Shown here: positions 50,532-59,421 of the stretch, piece by piece
Layout: each line of letters begins with the position of its first letter
How positions within the stretch are numbered: the first letter of the stretch is position 1
DNA from: Obrimoposthia wandeli
Taxonomy: Eukaryota
NCBI GenBank assembly: GCA_977020255.1
Contig: CDROCS010003949.1
Coordinates: 372,001-436,000, forward strand
DNA: 64,000 nt
Direction: 5' to 3'
Translations under genes and position numbers: made by a program
The notes under the pieces: model-generated
What the model was told of the DNA's origin: nothing
What the model saw: only the letters and a program-made list of their open reading frames with translations
Database searches by the model: none

Positions 50532-50930
50532 GTCCAATGAGAGCGGGTTAATCAAATAATTTATTTGAAAATCAGTAGGCTTTTCTCAATTTTTTAACTA
50601 TGTTTGAATGCTGGAATGTCATTGGATAAAACATATTTTATTCGAAAATATATCACTAAACTTTTGTTGTCCAATGAGAGCGGGTTATTCAAATAATTTA
50701 TTTGAAAATCAGTAGGCTTTTCTCAATTTTTTAACTATGTTTGAATGCTGGAATGTCATTGGATAAAACATATTTTATTCGAAAATATATCACTAAACTT
50801 TTGTCGTCCAATGAGGGCTGGGTATTCAAATAATTTATTTGAAAATCAGTAGGCTTTTCTCAATTTTTTAACTATGTTTGAATGCTGGAATGTCATTGGA
50901 TAAAACATATTTTATTCGAAAATATAACTA
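50532..50930. repeat. 3 x 137-bp tandem repeat
   Basis: Units start at 50532, 50669 and 50806; each contains TCCAATGA and its inverse TCATTGGA. Confidence 0.95.
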
Positions 50931-51156
50931 TTTTCTTAAGATTTTCTTAAGATTTTCTTGTATAAGTTTAACGTCCAATGAAAACGTATTATTCAAAGAA
51001 TTTATGTTATTTTCTTAAATTTTGTTAAGATTTGGATTTAAAATAGTAATATTTTCTTAAATTTTGTTAATATTTGGATTTAAAATAGTAATATTTTTTT
51101 GACTGTACATGTTTGGATGGTATAAAAAATTCATGAACTCATTTCAGTTCAAGTTA

Positions 51157-51269
51157 AGGTCATTACCTTATGAGGTCATCATCGTGAGGTCAAGGTCATT
51201 TAAGGTCATCATGAGGTCAAGGGTACAAAGTTGTCTAGGTCATCATGAGTTCAAGATCACTTAAGGTCA
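51157..51269 (+). promoter_or_regulatory. Cluster of eight co-oriented AGGTCA hexamers
   Basis: At 51157, 51173, 51187, 51193, 51203, 51214, 51237 and 51264. Confidence 0.5.
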
Positions 51270-51644
51270 TGATGACTAATTTGATGACTCATCAAATAAA
51301 AATGCAAATTATTTCGAATTTATGTAGTTGATTATTTAAAAAAATTTTGTGACCCTATATATGTATCTTTCTTATAAAGAAATTTTTTTTTATGACCTTG
51401 TATATATGTATGGATTTAAATTTTTATAAGGAAAATTTTTTCGCGCCCGCGAGCCTGTATTTATTACTCGTTGATCCACCGCGGGCCCTTAGAGCACGCT
51501 TTGGCCATTTTTTTGGCCTCTCAGGACCTTAATCAAAATTTTGGGAGCATTATGAGATTTTAAAATTTACAGGGTGTTAAATGGAGTTTGTTTTTTTTTT
51601 GTTTTTTTTTTGAGTGTTTGAGATGGGGGGGTAGAAAATTTTCT

Positions 51645-51740
51645 ACACACCTACACGAAATTTCACTCCACACACATGCACGGTTTTAAAGGACAGTAGG
51701 GGGGAGGGGGTGTGGATTAGACCGGACACATCCACCTACT
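51645..51740 (-). repeat. Right TIR of element C
   Basis: Inverse of 41676-41767, followed by the TSD CTCCTT. Confidence 0.95.
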
Positions 51741-52023
51741 CTCCTTCCATACCTTCATCGCTCGGCAACCTCCGATGTCCAGACCGCCTTCCTTGGATGC
51801 AGTCCTGTTTTAATGGTACATCAGAGAGACTGTGTGTACAGCACAAATCGATATTTCCAATGCAGTTCAATTTCACAGTCTGTCGGCTAATATCTCCCTA
51901 TCTCTGCCATACGCACTCTGTTAACTGTGGCTGACTGTGTGTATGTACTTCTTGGATAACAACACAATTTAATCGTCACACAAAAATAAAATTACGAATA
52001 CAAGTGGATTTTGCTATTATCTG

Positions 52024-52135
52024 AAATTGAAAACAAAAGTTGAAAGTTATTGAAACTATTATCATAAATTGAAAACAAAAGTTGAAAGTTATTGAAACTA
52101 TTATCATAAATTGAAAACAAAAGTAGAAAGTTATA
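52024..52135. repeat. 42-bp tandem repeat (~2.7 copies)
   Basis: AAATTGAAAACAAAAGTTGAAAGTTATTGAAACTATTATCAT at 52024, 52066 and 52108 (partial). Confidence 0.9.
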
Positions 52136-52668
52136 TCAATTTATCTGAAATATAACATATATTCAAACACATAAATCATCAAAACAAGCTTGTGTAAAGT
52201 CGATAAATAAGTAATCATGTGCTTGTTTAGCATACCCTCAGCCATGATGCTAATAAATATTTTGAAACTGGAATTGAAAAGCGTTATATTTTGTAACATT
52301 TCACATAAAAAATGTGTCTTTTCACTTCCACTGGCTCCAACTACTTGTTATACAGCATTATTATTCAGCTCCATTTCATATACTCTTTCATTTTAATAAT
52401 CTTTAGCTCAAGTAGGGGGATGTGGCACTTCTGGCACAAAAAGTATGAGAGAAGGGGGGTGCCAGCATAATTGAAGGTGTGTATGATGTAATAACATGTG
52501 TGTATTACGCCATAAGTATGTTTAAAAACTCTAGACTATGAATATTTTATTGAAACAATTTTGTATAATATATCTCCTCATACTTGTATTTTTCTTATTC
52601 ACTCATGTGATTTGCATTTATATTGATTTATTTTATATAAACAAAGCTTATTTAGTTCTAATATAAAG

Positions 52669-53431
52669 ATGAATGAAGTGATTGTTGATGATGATGTTCC
52701 AATTAAATCTACTCCAGATAATGTGTCTCATACCGCAATCAAAGTAATTCCTTATTATATAATATAATCTAAATCTTTAAAAGATGGAAAAAGTAAATGA
52801 AGAATCAGAATCAGAAGCAGTGACACCGCCAAGAACAGAAGATGCTATGGTTATTGAAGAGCATCGATTGAAATTTTTAAATGGATTAGATTTAATAGAG
52901 CATATAATAACCGATGCTTCTAGTATGGAAATGAACCATATGAGACGTCTTTTTAATAGATTGTTTAATTTTAGATATTGTCAACTTTATAAAGAAAACT
53001 TAGTCAGGACAAAAATGAGTGAAATTCTAACAGATAAACTTTATATTGGTAATTATCGTGATGGGTTTGATGAAACTAGTCTACTCAAATCCGGATTTAC
53101 TCATGTTATCAATACATCTCATTCAGATCATATTCAATATAAAGAACTAAAGTTTACATCTGTTTTCATCAAAAAGAGAGAAACAGTGATGAAGTATTAT
53201 AAACTAACTAATAGTATTATTCAGGAAAATATCGAAAACGGAGGAAACGTTTTAGTTTATGGACATTATGGGATTGATCTCTCTGTGGGTATTGTAATCG
53301 CATTTTTATCTCTTTCTATGCCTGTTAGTATTGTTTCTCACCTTGTTAAATCTAGGCGTAGTATTGCTACACAAACGGATATTATGTGTTCTCAAATCCG
53401 TCTTTTTAATCGATTCTGTGAATCTATGTAA
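52669..53431 (+). CDS. Dual-specificity-phosphatase-fold protein, predicted inactive; probable 2 exons (52669-52743, 52784-53431)
   Basis: LYIGNY, GFTHVIN, GGNVLVYGHYGIDLSVGIVIAFL (canonical VLVHCxxGxSRS), VKSRRS; 40-nt phase-0 GT-AG intron candidate; TATAAACA 33 nt before ATG 52669. Confidence 0.8.
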
Positions 53432-53524
53432 ATGTTTGTTTATGAACTGTCTATGTTTTATAATAAATTACTTTTGATATATTTATGTCTTATAAACATT
53501 AACCTATTACACTGATTGTTTAAT

Positions 53525-54172
53525 ATGGAATTGAAAAATAATGCGGTTTTCCAAATTGTAGGACCTAGTGGTAGTGGGAAAACTCATTTTATTTGTAAAT
53601 TACTTCAAAATAATAAATATTTTAAATTCAAGTTTAATAAGATATATTGGCATCAGGGTGGAGATGGCGAAGCTGGACTAACAAAGATGGAATTTAATAA
53701 AATAAAAAATATAAAAGTTATAAATGGGTTTGATGATAATTGGTCTGATCGATTACAACGTCATGATGTTATTGTTATTGATGATTTGTATCAGGAAGCA
53801 AATAAAGAGAGTGATTTCAATAATTTATTCACTAAAATAGCAAGACATCGCGAAGTGACTGTTATTTTCATTACACAAAATCTATTTCATCAGGGTGGTA
53901 ATCATAGAACTCGTAATTTAAATGTACATTATCTTGTTCTTTTCAAGAATCCACGTGATCAAACTGTTGTTGATTTTGTTTCACGTCAAGCCTATCCGAA
54001 TAATAGAAATTTCTTAATCGAATCATTTCAAGATGCTACTACTACTCCTCATGGATACATTTTCATTGATTTTACTCAAGATTGTCCCGATGAATTAAGA
54101 ATTAAAACTGATATATTCAATCTTAATGGTATTAGCATCTATAAACAAATGAAAAAACAAGTTTCACGATGA
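53525..54172 (+). CDS. A32/FtsK-like DNA packaging ATPase (element D)
   Basis: GPSGSGKT, VIVIDD, ITQNLF, HYLVLFKNPRD. Confidence 0.95.
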   Translation: MELKNNAVFQIVGPSGSGKTHFICKLLQNNKYFKFKFNKIYWHQGGDGEAGLTKMEFNKIKNIKVINGFDDNWSDRLQRHDVIVIDDLYQEANKESDFNNLFTKIARHREVTVIFITQNLFHQGGNHRTRNLNVHYLVLFKNPRDQTVVDFVSRQAYPNNRNFLIESFQDATTTPHGYIFIDFTQDCPDELRIKTDIFNLNGISIYKQMKKQVSR

Positions 54173-54597
54173 TGACTTTCAAAAAGGAAATTATTAAACC
54201 TGAAGTTAAGAGATTATTTAAATCAGTGCTAAACGAACGAAAAAATATGAAACAAATAGTTGTTCCGAAATCAGATAAGAAATCTAGGAGTATTGCCTAT
54301 TTCAATTTTCTTATGCGTGCACCCACAAATCGACGACCTGCTATTCTTAAATCTTTTCCTACGTTTGTAATTGATGATATGCTACATATGATTCAGAAAA
54401 TAGTTTCCGGTAAAATATCTGTTAAAAATCCAAATAAATTAAAACAGCATAAAAAGCCACTTCTTGATATGTTTCAAGCTAAAACACAAGCTGGCAAGCG
54501 TAAGTTATTGTATAAACAGAGTGGAGGATTTCTTGGTTTTCTAGTTCCTATAGTTGGCTCTATACTCGGAGCAGTTGCTAGCAGATTAATAAAATGA
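54169..54597 (+). CDS. Basic virion protein with a C-terminal QxGG-amphipathic helix (142 aa)
   Basis: Ends KQSGGFLGFLVPIVGSILGAVASRLIK. Confidence 0.82.
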   Translation: MMTFKKEIIKPEVKRLFKSVLNERKNMKQIVVPKSDKKSRSIAYFNFLMRAPTNRRPAILKSFPTFVIDDMLHMIQKIVSGKISVKNPNKLKQHKKPLLDMFQAKTQAGKRKLLYKQSGGFLGFLVPIVGSILGAVASRLIK

Positions 54598-54639
54598 TGG
54601 TTATAAACATGTATTTTGAGCTAAAAACATTAAATTTGT

Positions 54640-54873
54640 ATGGGTTCACTTCCATCTATACTGAAGTTCAAAATAAAAATCAATTCATCCTGTTGTAATG
54701 GAGAAGATATGGTTCAATCCAAGTCATCCCGTTGGTTATACTGGAATTTCAAAATTAGCAAAAGAAGTAAAGAAGACAAAAAAGGAAACCAAAACATGGC
54801 TGGGAAATCAGTTAGCGTACAGTTTAAACAAACCGATGAGACGTCGTTTTCCAACGAGATCATACAAGACTAG
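54640..54873 (+). CDS. Overprinted ORF with an N-myristoylation-like start (77 aa)
   Basis: MGSLPS...SSCC; homolog of 45360-45578; TATAAACA 38 nt upstream. Confidence 0.6.
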   Translation: MGSLPSILKFKIKINSSCCNGEDMVQSKSSRWLYWNFKISKRSKEDKKGNQNMAGKSVSVQFKQTDETSFSNEIIQD

Positions 54874-55736
54874 TGGACCTAATGATTTATAGCAAGCTGA
54901 TTTAATGGAAATGATTCCATATGATCGTATTAATGATGGATACCGATATATTTTAACGTGTGTTGATGTTTTCAGCAAAACAGCAAGAGCTATACCATTA
55001 AAGTCAAAATCAGGTTCTGACGTACTGAAAGCAATGAAAAAATTATTTTCAGACGTGAAACCAGTTAATTTTCAAACCGATAAAGGGAAGGAGTTTTACA
55101 ATAAAAATGTTAGTAACTTATTGAAGAAACATGGTATTAACCATTATTCTGTGTTTTCTCAATATAAAGCAGCTTTAGTAGAACGGTTTAATGATTAAAC
55201 TTTAATCGAACATTGAGAGATCGTTTGAAAAGGTATTTCACTAATATCGGAAATAAGACATGGATTACCGTTTTACCCAAAATAATACGAGCATATAATC
55301 ATAGTCCACATAGAAGCTTAGATGGAAAGAGACCAGTTGACATTTCTGATAAAAATGCAATGGAAAGTCTCAGCGTAATAAAAAACAGGTTGTAGAGAAA
55401 CCGAAATATAAGATTGGAGATTATGTTCGAATATCACAAATAAGTACTACTCCTCTTATAAAGAATTTTAAAGAGAATTGGAGTGATGAGGTTTTCCAAA
55501 TAACTAAAATTGATACTAGTCATAACCCGGTAATGTATTTCATTGAAGATGAAACAAATAATGAAATTAGTGGCAAGTTTTATCATGAAGAACTACAAGT
55601 ATTACCCTCAAAGCCCAAAGTATATAGAATTCAAGAAATAGTGAAAACAAAGGGTCGAGGAAAGCATAAACAATATCTAGTTAAGTGGCATGGATAAACT
55701 GAACCTAGTTGGATATTAGCTTCTCAAATAGAATGA
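54698..55736 (+). pseudogene. rve integrase-chromodomain with stops and frameshifts (element D)
   Basis: MEKIWFNP, TCVDVFS, QTDKGKEFYN, VERFN, YLVKWHG. Confidence 0.93.
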
Positions 55737-56761
55737 CTTCAATGTACGTTGTATTACCAAGTAATGGTTTGCCATTAACTCAACCGGATAATAATGCAAG
55801 TAGTTTCAAAATTGATTATCAAAGTTCAATCAATTTACCGGGAGCTTGGGAAGCTGCTCTGACGGAATTTTCATTTAATTATTCTCCTTTATCTATTAAA
55901 TGGGGGTAAATTATAGATTATGTTGTACATAAATCAATAAAAACTGAAGTTGAAGCTGGTTTGAAAATGAAACAAGGAGAATTTTTCGTCAAGTATATAA
56001 CTCCAACTAATAGTAAATATGTCATTTACCTAAGCGGTGAAGACAAAATACGTATAACTCGCACTATGGGACAAGCTTTCAATTTAGAAATTGATAATAA
56101 AAGTTTAGCATTAAGTTACGGTATGAAAGAAGCTGCTATTGAAAGTATGTTTTATGAATCGGAATTACCTAATCAAATATATGATTTACCGACTTTAAAG
56201 ATAAAGATGCATCATTATAATCAAGAGGATGTACGTGAGCAGTATGCATTCAAAAATGATTGCTTATTTTCCAATGTTGAAAGTCTTTGTAAATATTTCT
56301 TGAAAAATATTGATAATATATTTGAAAGCTTTTATGTTAAAAATGAAATGATTGAGTTTAAATTGAAATCAAATATAAAAGAAATAAATATGGATAAAAA
56401 TTTAGCTACAATTATTGGATTCAATGAAAACAGTTTTAAAAATCTTAATAAAGTTTTCCAAGCATCTAATCGGGCAAAGCTAAGTAATGCATATAATCAG
56501 ATTTATATTTACACAAGTATTACTGAACCGATATTCGTAGGTGGAAATAGGCTTACATTAATAAAATCTATTTGGGTTCAACAGGAAAAGCACAAGTATG
56601 GAAATGTTATACATATCCCAATTGATAATCCAATGTATATTCCAGTAAGCTCAAGCTTTATAAACAATATCGAAGTTAATATTCGGGATGATTCTGAAAG
56701 ATTAATTAAATTTTCATTTGGAGCTAAAACAAGTTTAACAATACATTTTAGAAAAATATGA
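55733..56761 (+). pseudogene. Minor capsid / penton-like protein, single premature TAA at 55907 (element D)
   Basis: MTSMYVVLPSNG...WEAAL in the same frame as ORF 55961-56761 (YIYTSITEP, INNIEVNIRD). Confidence 0.88.
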
Positions 56762-57120
56762 TTGATGCGAGTATTGTAAATGCATATAGTAAACCGATGT
56801 AGGGAGGAGAACTATCTTATTTTGTGGGCAAACAGTACGGTTCAGAATGGATGAAAACACTTGGTCGCTTTGCTTTCCCTATTCTTAAACATATTGGTCA
56901 ATTCATTGCTAAAGTAGGTTCTAAATATTTATCAGGTGATGAAAAATTAGTTCCAACACTCAAAAAGGCAGCTTTGGATGAGGTGGATGGAATTTCTCCT
57001 GATTTAGCTGATTTTCTAAGAAAGAAAACTCAATCTGGAACAGGTTATAAACGAAGAAAAACTACAAAGAAAATTATAAACAAACGATTGAAACTAGGTG
57101 GAACAATATTTAAAAAATGA
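56758..57120 (+). pseudogene. Virion core/cement-type protein, one premature TAG (element D)
   Basis: MIDASIVNAYSKPM*GGELSYFVGKQYGSEW...LGRFAFPILK. Confidence 0.85.
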
Positions 57121-58346
57121 GTTGTGCTAAATTTGAATTGTGTATTTTTGATAAACCACTTCCTCAAATAGTTGTGGATAGTGCTTGTTTTGAAGAAATA
57201 TTTCCGACGAATACAGTAACTGGTGCAGCGAGTCCCGATGTGGAATTCAATATCAATGGATCAAATTCACAATATCTCGATTTGAATGATACTTTATTGA
57301 CGATTAAATTAAAAGTTATAAAGGAAAATGGAAAGGCATTACAAGCCACGGCTGATATTGAAGCAGCGGATTTCATGTTTCATACTCTTTTCAAGGATGT
57401 AATTCTCAGTCTTAATAACGTTAAAGTTGAAGGAAATAATATCAGTTATACTCATAAAGCAGTAATTGAAACCCTATTGAATTATGGAAATGATACGAAA
57501 TCAATTAGTTTAGATGCTATTGGATATGATAATAATTCAGCGAATAGAAAATCATGTATTCAAAAATCGAAAACGCTAACCATGTGCGGTAGTCTCCATT
57601 TAGATTTCTTCAAACAACCAAAATATCTTCTACCTGGAGTTAATGTGCATCTTCGAATGAAGAGAAATTCAGCTGGATACAGTGTAAGTTGTGCAAATAC
57701 AATTCTACCTGCAATTGAGATTCTAGAGGCTAAATTACTGATTAGAAGAGTAAAAGTTGAACCTTCCGTATTGATTGGACATCAAATAGGTCTCGAGAAA
57801 CATAATGCTTCTTATCCAATTAGGAAAACAAATATAATTTATCATGCTATTCCAAGCGGTTCCCTCTCATATAATAAGGATCAAATATTCGGAGATATGC
57901 AACTCCCAAACTTTGTTTTGATTGCGTTCTAGGAAACATCGGCATTTGGTGGACATTCTGCAAAGGATATATCTCTATTTCCTAATATGAATGTTAGTTC
58001 AATTAAACTTGCTCGCAATATGGATTTCCGTGAAGTATATACTAATGACTTTGACGATGATGATTATGTCATGTCTTATGTCCAATCACTAATAAGAAAT
58101 CTGGGACATTTAGATAAGGATTCCAATATTGGTATTTCCATGACTGATTTCAGAGATAAATATAGTCTTTTCACATTTGTTCTTAGTCCTGATTTTGATA
58201 TTAATCAAGCTCAAGTTCCAAAGCAGGGACATCTAAAAGTAGAAATTAAGTTTAAGAAAGCCCTAATTAAACCAACAAATATCATCATCTATGGAGTTTT
58301 TGATTCTGAGATTCAAATCACTAAAGGTGGAAGTGTGATAGTATAA
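57117..58346 (+). pseudogene. Double jelly-roll major capsid protein, single TAG at 57930 (element D)
   Basis: ORFs 57117-57932 and 57987-58346 share a frame; same motifs as the C MCP. Confidence 0.92.
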
Positions 58347-58377
58347 ACGGAAGAAAGTACGCTGAAAAATAATAATA

Positions 58378-58753
58378 ATGAAGTAAGAATATTAATTTAT
58401 ATAATATAACTAATTCTAGTTCAGATGAAATACTAATCAGCGGCAGAAAACTTCTCGACAGTAGATTTATTGGAGTCTATAGTCTTGATAATATCCCGGA
58501 ATTTACTCGAACGGAAGGATATATCATTAATACACAGTCATCGAATTTGGCTGGAGAACATTGGATAGCAATACATGTTGAACCAAAAGAAATTTTTGTT
58601 TTTGATCCCTTTGGGTTTTATTACCCATCAAAATTAGTATCTGCAGTGCTTGATTCTTCAAAACAAGTACATTTCAATAAGAAACATTATCAAAATGTTT
58701 TAACACAGACATGTGGACAACTTTGTCTGCTATGGTTAAAGTATAAACATTAG
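58378..58753 (+). CDS. Adenain-like maturation protease, 2 exons (58378-58382, 58420-58753)
   Basis: ATG AA|GTAAGA...CTAG|T TCA gives MNSDEIL...; GEHW, FDP, YQ, TCGQLC. Confidence 0.9.
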
Positions 58754-58789
58754 ATATAAACAATTTCAAATAAAATAAATTGAACAAAA

Positions 58790-59281
58790 ATGTCTGTTTA
58801 TTTTATCGATTTTGAAGCTTTAATAGATTCAAATAAAGAAGTCGTAATTAAAGAGCTATGTATTATGAATGTTGATAATATTTTGTTTCCTAAACATTAT
58901 GTATTTAAAATGAAACCTATGTGGAACAAAATGGATTATTTTACAAACAGAATCAATAGATATTTAGTCAAAAGATTTCATTATCTAAAACTAGTTGATG
59001 GTAATAGTTTCTTTAATCCAATTGAAATAAATCGATCAATTAAACGAGACTGTGATTTAGATAAATCTATTTTTTATGTTATTGATAAATATAATGGCTT
59101 TAAATTTCAAACCTTAAAGAAATACTTTCCTGAAATGAGAATTATAAATTATTCAAAAAGTTTAAAAGAAATTATTTCATCTAATATTAAATGTCCGTAT
59201 ATTGAACATGGATCGCACTGTGCATATAAAAAATGCTTTGCTGCATGTCTTGATTTCAAATTAACTATACTTAATAAATAA
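58790..59281 (+). CDS. DEDD/DnaQ-like small protein with a C-terminal CxxxxHxxHC motif (163 aa)
   Basis: YFIDFEA...IKELCI resembles an ExoI motif; open ORF; homolog decayed in element A. The fold assignment is tentative. Confidence 0.65.
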   Translation: MSVYFIDFEALIDSNKEVVIKELCIMNVDNILFPKHYVFKMKPMWNKMDYFTNRINRYLVKRFHYLKLVDGNSFFNPIEINRSIKRDCDLDKSIFYVIDKYNGFKFQTLKKYFPEMRIINYSKSLKEIISSNIKCPYIEHGSHCAYKKCFAACLDFKLTILNK

Positions 59282-59375
59282 TTATGTAATAAAAACCCAT
59301 ATTTTTATAAATACACACACAAAAGTATGCATATTTTAATTCTATACATGCTGACCTGTTGCGTCACATCATGCA

Positions 59376-59406
59376 TATAAAAGGATGCGATTGTATTTGT
59401 TCAGTC
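59376..59406 (+). promoter_or_regulatory. Canonical TATA + Inr promoter of the PolB transcription unit
   Basis: TATAAAAG at 59376-59383, TCAGTC at 59401-59406, ATG at 59422. Confidence 0.6.
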
Positions 59407-59421
59407 TTTTACTTTTCAATT

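Larger units (their letters stand above)
41676..51740 (+). mobile_element. Polinton/Maverick-like element C, 10,065 bp, both termini present, most of PolB deleted
   Basis: AGTAGG...CCTACT termini, ~92-96 bp TIRs, perfect 6-bp TSD CTCCTT (41670-41675 and 51741-51746), canonical core genes. Confidence 0.97.
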
